Positions 1 through 10,100 of a stretch of 64,000 bases of DNA are shown piece by piece. Origin of the DNA: an uncultured Gammaproteobacteria bacterium (GTDB lineage: Bacteria; Patescibacteriota; Patescibacteriia; Magasanikbacterales; GWA2-37-8). How positions within the stretch are numbered: position 1 is the first letter of the stretch; each line of letters begins with the position of its first letter. A program made the translations under genes and the position numbers. Below the pieces are notes generated by a model. It did no database searches. It saw nothing but the letters and a program-made list of their open reading frames with translations, and had not been told where the DNA came from. The stretch lies in contig CAZEDL010000001.1 of assembly GCA_964510885.1 (NCBI GenBank), positions 312,982 through 376,981 of the forward strand, written 5' to 3'.

Positions 1-884
1 TGATTGACTTTGACTACAATGCCATCGATCCAAAAGGGCTGGGTGGCCCGGCGCGTTTTCCAATCAATATGAAACTTTAACACTTCATCAATCGTTTGAC
101 ATACCTTCCAGTTAGAATCAGTTTTGAAACCGAGCTCTTTCAAACGAGTGAGCTCTTCAGCTTGGGTGGGCGGCACCACACCACTTGAAATATCATAAGC
201 AGTGAGGAGGAGTTTCCGGGCAGCTACAATGCGCGGATCAAGTTGGCGGAGTGTGCCAGCGGCGGCATTGCGCGGGTTGGCAAATAGCGGCTCGCCGGAT
301 TTCTCTCGCTCGGCATTGATGCGCTTCAGCATAGCATCCGGCAGCCAGGCTTCGCCTTCGGCAACGAGGGTCGCAGGCTCTTCGAGCGTAAGCGGAACAC
401 TTTCGATCGTTTTTATATTTTGGGTAACATCTTCCCCCACTCTGCCATCACCACGGGTGGCGGCGGTAATAAGCTTACCGCCTTCATAGGAAAGCACAAT
501 GTGCAGACCATCGATTTTCAATTCACAGACATACGACAGATCGGTTGGGCGGGCACCGAGGGACTTTTCGAGCATATTCAAGATGCGCTCTTGCCAGTCG
601 CGCATATCATCTTCAGAGAAGGCATCATTAAATGACCACTGCGGCACTTGGTGGGTAACTTTGGTAAATTTATCGAGTGCTGTGCCGGCGACACGTTGAG
701 TCGGTGAATCTGGAGTGACTAGATCTGGGTGGGCGGCTTCGAGGCGGCGTAATTCATCCATCAGGCTGTCATACATGGCATCGGTCACTTCCGGATCATT
801 GAGCACATGATAGCGGTGCCGCAGATCGTTGATCTGGGCGCGTAGGCGCGGGAGAAGTTCTGTAAGATTTTGATGTTTAGTCAT
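1..884 (-). CDS. ligA: NAD-dependent DNA ligase, N-terminal part (runs off the window start)
   Basis: Manual translation from ATG 884: MTKHQNLTELLPRLRAQINDLRHRYHVLNDPEVTDAMYDSL...PDSPTQRVAG. Adenylation motif ELKIDGL, plus TRGDG and FANPRNAAAG. Confidence 0.96.
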   Translation of the reverse strand, partial: MTKHQNLTELLPRLRAQINDLRHRYHVLNDPEVTDAMYDSLMDELRRLEAAHPDLVTPDSPTQRVAGTALDKFTKVTHQVPQWSFNDAFSEDDMRDWQERILNMLEKSLGARPTDLSYVCELKIDGLHIVLSYEGGKLITAATRGDGRVGEDVTQNIKTIESVPLTLEEPATLVAEGEAWLPDAMLKRINAEREKSGEPLFANPRNAAAGTLRQLDPRIVAARKLLLTAYDISSGVVPPTQAEELTRLKELGFKTDSNWKVCQTIDEVLKFHIDWKTRRATQPFWIDGIVVKVN

Positions 885-889
885 ATCAT

Positions 890-1091
890 CATGAAAACAC
901 TAGAACATAAGAACACTAAAGCAGTAATTATATGTTTAAATTGAACTTAAATAACAAATTTTTTGTCATTCCCGCAAAAGCGGGAATTAACAATCACTTT
1001 GGACTTCGTTTAACTATCCTGGATTCCCGCTTTCGCGGGAATGACACCGAGTGATTTTATTTTACTGTTTTCATGCTTTAATGTTTCAATG
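890..1091. repeat. 8-nt periodic inverted repeat (CATGAAAA/CATTAAAG units) enclosing a palindromic element, immediately upstream of ligA
   Basis: Left arm 890-927 reads CATGAAAA CACTAGAA CATAAGAA CACTAAAG CAGTAA. The reverse complement of 1062-1091 reads CATTGAAA CATTAAAG CATGAAAA CAGTAA. Confidence 0.7.
964..1046. repeat. TGTCA...TGACA REP-like palindromic element (empty copy)
   Basis: TGTCATTCCCGCAAAAGCGGGAAT ... ATTCCCGCTTTCGCGGGAATGACA: two inverted arms, each itself a hairpin. Confidence 0.9.
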
Positions 1092-1097
1092 ACTACA

Positions 1098-1892
1098 TTA
1101 CACACCGATCAGGCCCATATACCACCCAATAATCTGATTACTAAAAAATAAAGAGCACAGCGTGCCGATGGCGAGGAATGTGCCAAATGGAACCGCTGAA
1201 TCAAACCGAAATTTTTTGGATACCAAAAGGCCAATCGCCACAATCGAGCCGAGAATATAGGCAATGAATAAGGCAACCAGTACATTCGGCCACCCAAGCC
1301 AGATTCCCATGAGAACGCCGAGGCGCACATCACCTCCTCCAATCCAGCGACCGCGTGAGACCAGGAATTGAAATAGGAAAAATCCACCCGTTACCACTGC
1401 AGCGGTGATCATAGATCCGGGCATAAGGCCGAGGGCATAATAATTAACGATGCCGCCGACAAATGACCCAACCCAGATAACACGCGATAGAATCAACTGA
1501 TAATTATAATCGTAGAAAAAGATAATGATTAGTAGAGCTAGAAAAAATACATCGCGCCAAAAATGCCAGGGATCGAAGATGGTCACCTTGGTGTGATAAT
1601 AAAAGAGACCTGACAATAATACCCCGGTGAGGGCTTCTACCAAAAAATATTGCCAGGGAATAGGTCGACCGCAGGTGCGACAGACATGTTTTAAAAAAAT
1701 AAAACTCAGCAGCGGAATATTTTCATACCATGCGAGCTGCCGATGGCAATGCACACAGACACTCCTCGTGAAGGCAAAAATTCGGATATTTTCGCGGGTA
1801 CGCCATATCCAGGAGTTGAGAAAACTGCCAAGGACGGCACCGCACCAAAAAACAAATATGTATAAAGGGAAGCCGAGGACTTCTTGAAGCAT
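1098..1892 (-). CDS. pilD: Prepilin peptidase (A24, PilD-like)
   Basis: GSFLN motif, CxxC...CxxC zinc cluster (RSVCVHC, CRTC), GGGD catalytic motif, PFGTFL, several TM segments. Confidence 0.93.
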   Translation of the reverse strand: MLQEVLGFPLYIFVFWCGAVLGSFLNSWIWRTRENIRIFAFTRSVCVHCHRQLAWYENIPLLSFIFLKHVCRTCGRPIPWQYFLVEALTGVLLSGLFYYHTKVTIFDPWHFWRDVFFLALLIIIFFYDYNYQLILSRVIWVGSFVGGIVNYYALGLMPGSMITAAVVTGGFFLFQFLVSRGRWIGGGDVRLGVLMGIWLGWPNVLVALFIAYILGSIVAIGLLVSKKFRFDSAVPFGTFLAIGTLCSLFFSNQIIGWYMGLIGV

Positions 1893-2032
1893 ACCGACTG
1901 ACGGAGTCTAGTTAAGCAACCATGAATTCACAGGCGCATGAATTCATAACCAGACATAAGTATACCTAAAAGGTTTTTGGCTGACAAATTAGAAAATGGG
2001 ATAAATTACCATACATGCTTAGACATATAATT

Positions 2033-2066
2033 TAAAAACCCTTTAGAAGTATCTAAAGGGTTTTTA
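2033..2066. terminator. Intrinsic terminator downstream of the pilin gene
   Basis: TAAAAACCCTTTAGA-AGTA-TCTAAAGGGTTTTTA perfect stem with A/T tails. Confidence 0.8.
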
Positions 2067-2082
2067 TAAAAACGAATCCTGA

Positions 2083-2505
2083 TTATTTGCCAATACCTGC
2101 TGGGGTTAATTTGATATCCCCGCTGAGACCGTTTACGTCTCCTTCGAGAGTCGCTTCAACCGTATAGGTACCAGTGCCGACAGTGTAGACATAGGAACCT
2201 TCTTTAGGATCGGTTGGAACTTTGGACATATACGGATTAGTGCAGCCTGACGTGGTGAAACCAGTTGAGTTCAAACAGGCGTAGTTGGTGGTGGCGAGAT
2301 CAATTGTATCGCCGGCCGGGTATGAATTCTGGTCAGTATAGTAAAGTTCGAGTGCAGTTTGTAATTGCTTGAGGTCGGATAGACGTTTGGAGTCGCGCGC
2401 TTTGACACGAGCTGATCCGAGCGCTACCACTGCCAAGGTTGACAACAACCCGATAATAGCGATAACAACGAGCAATTCAATTAATGTAAAGCCTTTCTTG
2501 TTCAT
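2083..2505 (-). CDS. Type IV pilin / GspG-like pseudopilin
   Basis: MNKKG|[16 protein letters not shown] class III signal, [19 protein letters not shown]. Strong SD AAGGGGGTGA before ATG 2505; own terminator. Confidence 0.93.
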   Translation of the reverse strand: MNKKGFTLIELLVVIAIIGLLSTLAVVALGSARVKARDSKRLSDLKQLQTALELYYTDQNSYPAGDTIDLATTNYACLNSTGFTTSGCTNPYMSKVPTDPKEGSYVYTVGTGTYTVEATLEGDVNGLSGDIKLTPAGIGK

Positions 2506-2566
2506 AGTGTCACCCCCTTTCCGTGATAGATAGACATATGACCGCAATCTTTAGTTCATCAGACGG

Positions 2567-2953
2567 TTATTTTTTCAACACTTTGCGCACCTTTTCTACG
2601 ACTTCGGAGGGTTTGAAATGGGCTTTGATTAAATAGTCAACAGCCCCTGATTCAAGCCCTTTTTCGACGTCGTCTTTTTGGCCAAGATTGGTGAGCAGGA
2701 TAACTGGAATCTGTTTGGTAGACGGGTCAGTTTTTAATTTTTCGAGCACCGAAAAACCATCTAGTTTAGGCAAGAGTATATCAAGCAGGATAATATCTGG
2801 TTGTTTTCGCTTGGCTTCTACCAACCCTTTTTCACCATTATCAGCGACACTAGTTTTAAATCCTTCTAGTTCAAATTTTTTTTCGTAAATATTGGCCAGA
2901 AAAACATCGTCTTCTACCAACAATACATGGGTTTTGGAGTCTTTTTTATCCAT
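2567..2953 (-). CDS. Single-domain response regulator (REC)
   Basis: LLVEDD, PDIILLDILLPKLDG, ILLTN, DYLIK receiver motifs. Confidence 0.93.
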   Translation of the reverse strand: MDKKDSKTHVLLVEDDVFLANIYEKKFELEGFKTSVADNGEKGLVEAKRKQPDIILLDILLPKLDGFSVLEKLKTDPSTKQIPVILLTNLGQKDDVEKGLESGAVDYLIKAHFKPSEVVEKVRKVLKK

Positions 2954-3036
2954 AGAAGTTAAGGTTAAACAACTTATAAAGTCCTCCTGCCACGGCAGTT
3001 ACAGCGTAATGCCAAGGACTATGGACGTAAGATTAA

Positions 3037-4194
3037 TTATACCAAATTACGCAGTGCAAGGCCAATAGCCACCGACATGCGTGGGCCGATGCTGTGCAGC
3101 ACCGTCTTCAAACCTTCTTGATAGACCACCCGGCCCCACGGATCACCCGTATAACATTTTATTTTGAACAGGTCAGTCAGGTAGGTGGCTAGAAGCGGCA
3201 TAATACCACTGCCTCCGGTCAAAATAATTTTTTCCGGGCGCTTGCCTTCATTACCGCTTTGGCGCAGATACATATCAAAGCTATAACCTATCTCTTTGGC
3301 AATTGGATCTATTATCGGCATCAAAATAGACAACAGCCGTTCGCGCGAAATAAGGGCGGCTGATTCGCGATTTAGATCAGCGAAGAGATTGAATTTTAAC
3401 TGTTCCACCAGCGAGTCGTCTACACCCCAAATCGACTGTAGCATGCTATTTATATTTTTACCACCCAGCTCGATGCTGTGGTGAGTCATGGGCACTGTCT
3501 GGTCGATCATGAAAAAATTGGTGCGCTCAGCCCCAAGATCGATCACCATAGTGAGAGCGCGATCGCGGCCGACGAGTGAACGGGCCAGAGCAACTGATTC
3601 TGGTTCGAGAGCGCTGAGCTCGAGGCCGGCTGCTTTGAAAACTTTGGAATAAAACAAGACGAGTGATTTTGGAACTGCATTTACCAAAATAGTTTGCACT
3701 TTTGCATCAGCGGCACGAGGTAAGAGCTCATAATCAAGTGCTGTATCTTCGAGTGCGTAGGGTAGCAATTTTTTTATTTCGGCTTTGAGAAGAGCGTCTA
3801 CTTCTTCGCGTTTTACCACTGGGAGGTTGACTATGGTATGAAACACAGCTGACACCGGCAGACTCACCACCACACTTTTGCTCCGAGTTTTGGCCGCAGT
3901 ACAAACAGCACGGACTAGATTCGCATATAGCTCTAGGCGCGGATCGACCGGCTCTGCCGAGGCCGCTTTTTTGTCAGCAGACGACTGCTCAAACGATGGT
4001 GGGGTTTTTTTGATCAACAAATCTTCGGGCCGTTTTTCTTGTTCGGGGACCAATCGGTGAACATCTTGGTACAGCGAGGTGTAACCATAGGTAAATAAAA
4101 CGGGCCGATGCTTTTGCTGCTGCAATTCCACAAGCTTTACGCCCCCTGCGCCGAGGTCAATACCGAGATAGGATTTTGGTTTGAAGAAAAACAT
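3037..4194 (-). CDS. pilM: Type IV pilus assembly protein PilM
   Basis: Actin-like motifs LGIDLG, IDLGAERT, ILTGG; C-terminal AIGLALR. Confidence 0.9.
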   Translation of the reverse strand: MFFFKPKSYLGIDLGAGGVKLVELQQQKHRPVLFTYGYTSLYQDVHRLVPEQEKRPEDLLIKKTPPSFEQSSADKKAASAEPVDPRLELYANLVRAVCTAAKTRSKSVVVSLPVSAVFHTIVNLPVVKREEVDALLKAEIKKLLPYALEDTALDYELLPRAADAKVQTILVNAVPKSLVLFYSKVFKAAGLELSALEPESVALARSLVGRDRALTMVIDLGAERTNFFMIDQTVPMTHHSIELGGKNINSMLQSIWGVDDSLVEQLKFNLFADLNRESAALISRERLLSILMPIIDPIAKEIGYSFDMYLRQSGNEGKRPEKIILTGGSGIMPLLATYLTDLFKIKCYTGDPWGRVVYQEGLKTVLHSIGPRMSVAIGLALRNLV

Positions 4195-4209
4195 ACTCTA
4201 ACCAAGCAG

Positions 4210-5139
4210 TTATGCTCGAATTTTTTTTAACCCCCATAGTATACCACTAACGCCTAAAAAAAGGCTACCAAAAATGACAACAGCATGGCCAGAAAACCTA
4301 TGTATCAACGATTTAGATGCGGCTGGGCTGACCACTACTACACGCTGCTGATGCGCACGATCAACCGCTTTGACATAAACAAAGCTACGCAGTGTTTGAT
4401 CGTAGAGTAACGCAGGACTATTAACTGTCCGCCAGGAAAACGGTGTTTGTAAAGCGATTTCAGCAGTATACCCAGTTTGGCTTTCAGCTATCTCATAGTG
4501 ATCGATGCCTGATTGATTATCCTGGGCTGAAAAAGTAACAAACCACTGGCCGTCAAAAACTGCCTCGCTGCGGCTGATAGACGGGGTGAAGAGTTCGGGT
4601 GGTTGATTATCAAAACGGGGGCGATAATCGATAACGCGCGAACCTATTGTAATCTGCAACGGTTGTGTGGCAACACTTACCGGTGTACCCAGCCCATCGT
4701 GCAAAAATGCTTGCGGATTGGTAATTGTGAGGCGAGGAGCCTGAGACCCTACCACATGAAACATTAATGAAAAGAGTCGGGCATCAGAACTGACTACGCC
4801 TCCAGGTATCATGCCACTAAAGGTTACTTTGGAAGCCCCTGCTCCAGTCTTAAGTTTGGGAGGTTCAATCCAAAAAGTAACCGCACTTTGACCATCATTA
4901 ATCTGTTCAAGTTCCAGCTCATCAGCTGAAAAAACAAGCGTTCCACCAACGAGATTTAGTCGGTCGCTCTCGGTATTGAGGCGAACTACAACCTCGATTG
5001 TATCGCCGATTCCAGTGCTTGGTGGCGCAGAAAAATATAATTCAGCGCTATAAGCGTGCTGTGGGGCAGCTAAAATTGCTACTAAACCGAGCACGGCAGC
5101 ACTCAGTAATGTTATGGTTTTTTGAAACACACTAGACAT
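4210..5139 (-). CDS. Secreted cohesin-domain protein with C-terminal TM anchor
   Basis: Signal peptide, then a cohesin-like beta sandwich (AELYFS...IEVVVRLNT...GTLVFS...FWIEPP...FSGMIPGG...LFSLMF), an Ig-like domain (FSAQDNQSGIDHYEI) and a C-terminal TM helix. Confidence 0.7.
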   Translation of the reverse strand: MSSVFQKTITLLSAAVLGLVAILAAPQHAYSAELYFSAPPSTGIGDTIEVVVRLNTESDRLNLVGGTLVFSADELELEQINDGQSAVTFWIEPPKLKTGAGASKVTFSGMIPGGVVSSDARLFSLMFHVVGSQAPRLTITNPQAFLHDGLGTPVSVATQPLQITIGSRVIDYRPRFDNQPPELFTPSISRSEAVFDGQWFVTFSAQDNQSGIDHYEIAESQTGYTAEIALQTPFSWRTVNSPALLYDQTLRSFVYVKAVDRAHQQRVVVVSPAASKSLIHRFSGHAVVIFGSLFLGVSGILWGLKKIRA

Positions 5140-5169
5140 ACGATAACGCTTAAGTCTTTGACGGCTAGC

Positions 5170-6543
5170 TTAACTGGTCCAATAATACGCAATAATACTA
5201 AAATCACTTAGAGTGATAGCACCATCACCATTCAAGCGCTCTGCTTCTACCGTTGCAAATAGTGGACTCGGGGGTCGCTTATACCAAAATAAGGCGATGG
5301 ACACATCGATAAAATTTACTCGTCCGTCCGCATTTAGATCACCCTTTAGATACACTTTTTTGGAGATGGTGCTATCGGTAATCATTTCGTCAATTATTAC
5401 GGTTTGCGTAAGACTTGAGTTGCTCTGCCCTACCTGATTATCTTTTGCTTCAGCATTAATTATAAAATTACCCTTCCCTAATTGACGGGCCGGGATCTGA
5501 TATTGGTAAAATCCATTTTCATCGGCAGTCGTAGTAACTAGTAATGATTTGTTACCGGGGGTGCGCGGGGTAAGAGTAATAATAATTGTAGCCCGCGGCA
5601 GCGTCGAACCAGTAACGGCCAGTGACTCACCAGGGGTGAGGTACTGGCTATTCATTTTGAGAGTCGGACTCAAAAAGACCGCTCCAATGCGCGCTTGATC
5701 ATTTCCAGCAATATCAACGGGGTATGCAACGAGCGCGGAACGGTCACCATTTATATCCTGACTAGCCAAAGAAAAAGTGTATTTTCGCGCGCCAAGATCG
5801 GTCAGAGACAGCTCAAACCTACCTCTTTGATCAGCTTGACTAGATAAAATAAACTCTCCGTCCTTTAAGAGGATTACTGAAGCTAGTGGAGACGTATACC
5901 CGAAAAAGGTAACCTGCGCTACTGATGATGAAGCGGCTGCTGCGGCCGACGTGGGGACTGAAGTGCTAACTGATACCGGACTAATACCAAAATTTACAGA
6001 GGTTCCAGAGCTACCAGTAGTGACAGCGACTGCACTGGAAGTAGCCACTACTGAACCTTCAGTGTCACGGACTCTGACTATAAAGTAATATCTGGTGTTA
6101 GCACTCAGACCGGTTTGGGTGCGCGTCAGTAGACTGCCGACATTAAAATAACTATATGGACCACCACTGATTAGTGATTGGCCAATTTCATAACTCCCAA
6201 CAGTAATCCCTAAGCTACCGACAGCTGACGTCCAGCTAAGATCAGCGCTAGTAGTATGAGCGGTAACGGTCAGAACAGGGGTGGTAACTGAGGGGAGCTG
6301 GACAATGTTTTGGTCAGCTTTAAATTTGCTTGAGCTGCTTTCACTAGCGACTAGCAGGCCGCTATTACTGATGAGCTGAAAATTGTCAGAGGTCGACTGT
6401 TCGGCCCCCATGAGAAGGACGGGATCTCGAGTGATAAAATTTTCGGAACTAAAATCATCGGCCTTGGCCACTCTGCCGCCACTCGTGATAACTAACGCTG
6501 CCAGCAGTATAAAGAGTCGCGCCAACATAAACCTATTTGACAA
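5170..6543 (-). CDS. Secreted FN3/Ig-like protein with C-terminal dockerin
   Basis: Signal peptide, FN3 (LSWT...GLSANTRYYFIVRVRD), Ig-like domains, duplicated Ca-binding loops GDLNADGRVNFIDVS and LNGDGAITLSDFS. Confidence 0.75.
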   Translation of the reverse strand: MSNRFMLARLFILLAALVITSGGRVAKADDFSSENFITRDPVLLMGAEQSTSDNFQLISNSGLLVASESSSSKFKADQNIVQLPSVTTPVLTVTAHTTSADLSWTSAVGSLGITVGSYEIGQSLISGGPYSYFNVGSLLTRTQTGLSANTRYYFIVRVRDTEGSVVATSSAVAVTTGSSGTSVNFGISPVSVSTSVPTSAAAAASSSVAQVTFFGYTSPLASVILLKDGEFILSSQADQRGRFELSLTDLGARKYTFSLASQDINGDRSALVAYPVDIAGNDQARIGAVFLSPTLKMNSQYLTPGESLAVTGSTLPRATIIITLTPRTPGNKSLLVTTTADENGFYQYQIPARQLGKGNFIINAEAKDNQVGQSNSSLTQTVIIDEMITDSTISKKVYLKGDLNADGRVNFIDVSIALFWYKRPPSPLFATVEAERLNGDGAITLSDFSIIAYYWTS

Positions 6544-6592
6544 ACAAAGGTTGTTAAGGCTTTTTGATATTTCACTCAGTACTCAATAGATA

Positions 6593-7057
6593 CTATGGTT
6601 TGTTCTGAGCCTCACCAGCTGATACAGTTCCGGCTGCCTGGGCAGTAGGCGTACCTCCATTATTACCAATGTTGATGGGAGAAACTTCGATCACTCGATT
6701 AGCGATTGGATCAAACAAAATTGCTTTACGGGCTGTAGCATACAGCAAAACTTTATCCCCAGTTTTAGCCTTGGCAAAAAATTGCTGACCTTTAAGCAAC
6801 GACGGATCAGAGACGGTCGCGAGCGTTGGCTGCTCACCTTCAGGAAGATCTAGAATTTTTTGCACCCTTGCAACAACATCGACTAGTTCACTCTGACCTA
6901 CTTTAGATGGATTGTTTTTAATTACAGTCAGCTGATTATAAAGATACGCGTTTCCTGCTAAACTAACCAATAACGCCAGTAGAGAAAGAATGCTAAAAAT
7001 CTTAGCGACAGAGTGGACTGGCGGAGTTTGATTTTTTGTTTCCGTGCTCATAGGCAT
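6593..7057 (-). CDS. Conserved hypothetical membrane-anchored protein
   Basis: Single N-terminal TM; the LPEGEQPTLATV...FFAKAKTGDKVLLY...KAILFDP pattern resembles a family I recall from Patescibacteria. Confidence 0.7.
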   Translation of the reverse strand: MPMSTETKNQTPPVHSVAKIFSILSLLALLVSLAGNAYLYNQLTVIKNNPSKVGQSELVDVVARVQKILDLPEGEQPTLATVSDPSLLKGQQFFAKAKTGDKVLLYATARKAILFDPIANRVIEVSPINIGNNGGTPTAQAAGTVSAGEAQNKP

Positions 7058-7150
7058 AAAATTATTATTGATAAATAAGAATTTTTATTATTATATCATA
7101 GGTTAAAGATATACCAGAAAATTTTTGCTCATGTGGATAAGTTTTGATAG

Positions 7151-10100
7151 CTACCCTCCTTCCGGATTAGTGCTTGTATCATATTCTTGAGGAGGCTCAG
7201 ATGCAGGTGTAAAAACTTCTTCTGAAGAAGTCGAGAGTTCATCAACTGGTGGCGTGACAGAAGGTGTAGAAATAGTACTGGTCGTATCTGTTGGCAACAC
7301 TTCACCTGAAGGGGATTCAACTATCTCCGAAGGAATGACGGTGGCCCGACGAGCATTTTTAACAGCCAAAGCTATCCAGCTAAAGGTTAGCTCAAATGGA
7401 GCAGGCTTACTGAGGTGTAGAGTAAAACCACGGGTAGTCTTTTTAATTATGATATACCTAATATCTTCAGTAAAAATTATCTCTTCGAGAGCCGCAGCCT
7501 CATCAGCGCTGAGAGTGGAAGTAGTTTCGAGCGACAAAGTCGCATTTACTACCGGTTGCTCGAGATACTCATGCTGGAACTCTACAGCAACATTCTTTTG
7601 ACCGGGGGGTACAACCACAAATCCTCCGCTATCGGCGTTAAAATAGGGCCGGCCTATAAAAAGAATTTCGCTGCCGACACTAATAGCGCCGCTAATTGAA
7701 CTGAGCATATCGACTTGTAATCCAGCACGCAATATACCCGGCTGATCAATAGACAGGCTGCTACTTGCCAAGTTAGCCAGGGTAAGATTTGATTGATTTT
7801 CAAGCGTCGTCATACGATTAAACAGGTAGTCGGTGGTTGAGGCAACCGCGCTAAGGGCCATGGTAGATGACGCTAATTGGATGCCTAAATCAGCAGTGGT
7901 TGAGGCTAACGCATCTACGGTCGAAGACACATAAGAGAGGCCTGGGGTAACAATCTCGTTGGCAACCAACCGAGAAGCAGCAATTGTCCCAGACACGGTC
8001 AAGGTACTCGCAATTCTCACTTGATCAGCAAAAAAGGCGCTGCCCTCAAAGGTAGTAGTAGCTAAAAAATCTATATCTCCAATGACACTCACCATGCCGT
8101 TTAATACCGTCGGTCCGTTAACCGTGAGACCACCAATTACTAGTGAGCTTGAAGGACTGATTGTGAACGAAGAGGAGCTCGCGACAGTGGAAGTGGTGAG
8201 AATTTCGGTACCACCTAACTCTGATTCGGTATCAAAAAAAGATAAAGCGCTTGAAGTGACAGACGTACTACTCGGAGATCCCGGCAGGGCTAGTCCTCGA
8301 ATAATCAGAATAGTGATACGAGCAGAAGAAGTAGCGAGTGGCTCGAGTGCCATACCAATAATACTTGCTGTTTTTCCACTCTCCAGGTCATAACGCATAG
8401 CATAGCCTGCTCTAGAGGCAGTAACTACATAGTCACCGGTACTAATTGGGCCATTTTCATCAGTAACTTTGGTATTAACGAGGCCAGACAACGCGAGCGC
8501 ACCGCGATTTTCACCACTGACACCAATTAAGAAACGGCCCGTATCAGAGATAACACCAGCTACATTAACTGCATAGGCACTGGTAGATTTTTTAAATTTA
8601 TTAGGATTCTCCGGATCAGAAATGAGCACGTCACCGGGCTCGCTCGTGTCACCCGGCGACAGATCTACATATTCGGCCAAATCACCAATCGTGCTGCCCG
8701 CGGCATTGGAGGTAATAGTTCCGGTGGAGCGAACATTTCCACCGGTGTCTACTGAAAGAACTTTGGAACCGGCGTTGCGCAAAGAAAATAAAATAGAGCT
8801 ACTTGCCGTGCTCAACGCACTATTGGTATCAAAAATAAATGCCCCGGCACCAGACCCGGACGCAAAGGAAGTAATAGTGGTGGAAGAATTCGACGCGGTA
8901 ATTTTAAGGCCACCAGCGCCAGATCCACCAGTTATAGCTAGCGTACCTGAGGCATTAATGGTGCCTACTACGGTGAGAGCCGAACCGAGAGTAGTAGTGC
9001 CAATTACCGACAGGCCACCTTCGGAACTAATACCTCCAACCCCAGCAAATAGACCACCTCGTAAAAAAAGACTGTTATCAAAAAAAGCATTTTGTAGTAC
9101 TTGTAAACCTCCGATTTCGGCAGTATGGGAAATCAAACCACCTGTTTCAATTCCGCCCACATCATAATATTGAAACTCACATCCGTGTGCTGAATTCTCA
9201 GAGAGAGCCCGGCAACTATCGACTGAACCCCCAACCCCAATAAAGAATCGACGGCCGGCCACGTACAGAGCGTTTACCGTCGTTCCCGAAACCCCTGATC
9301 CGGAATCTACACCCCCGACAAAAGTTAGCGCACTCGTCGAAACATCATAGACTTGAATTTCGCAATTTGCTGGAGTTGAAATCGAACAACTGGCGCCATT
9401 GCTAGCATTCTTCCCCACATACAAATAGCGCCCAGCAGACATGACTGCTTTAGTCGCGTCGGTTAAATCAAGACCATTTTTATAAGTGGGATTTGTCGGA
9501 TTAATCACGTCAAATAGTTGTAGTTCGCAGCCAGTACGGGTGGAAGATGAACAAGTACCAGTATTGGCATTATTAACCAGAAACACGTTCATTCCATTGA
9601 CCGTAATACCATTAGCCGTATTATCACCATTATCAACTCCTCCAATATATATTAGTGCCGTGGTGGAGGCGGTGATATCATAAATTTGTAGCTCACAACC
9701 AGTATTATCAGTAGAACTGCAGGTTCCAGAATTAGATGCTTTACCAATATAGGCCCGACGCCCCGATAGAGCAACTGCATCAAAATTGCTTCCACCGGCA
9801 TCATTGGCGCCGCCCATAAACCGAGGCGTAGAACTGGGGCCGGACAAATCATATAATTGAATTTCACATCCTGCTGGGTTAGCGAAAGTACAAGTGGCAG
9901 CACTTACCGCTTTGGCAATTACTACTCTGCCGCCTTCCATAGCCAGTCCTTTAATTTGAGTAGTGGCATCAATACCGCCGCTATAAACCGGGCTCAGAGG
10001 ATTAAACATATTATACATTTGCAGCTCGCAACCAGTAGCCGTAGTAGCTGAACAAAAACCACTTGCCGCATTAGTTCCGAATACTAAATAATCGCCAAAA

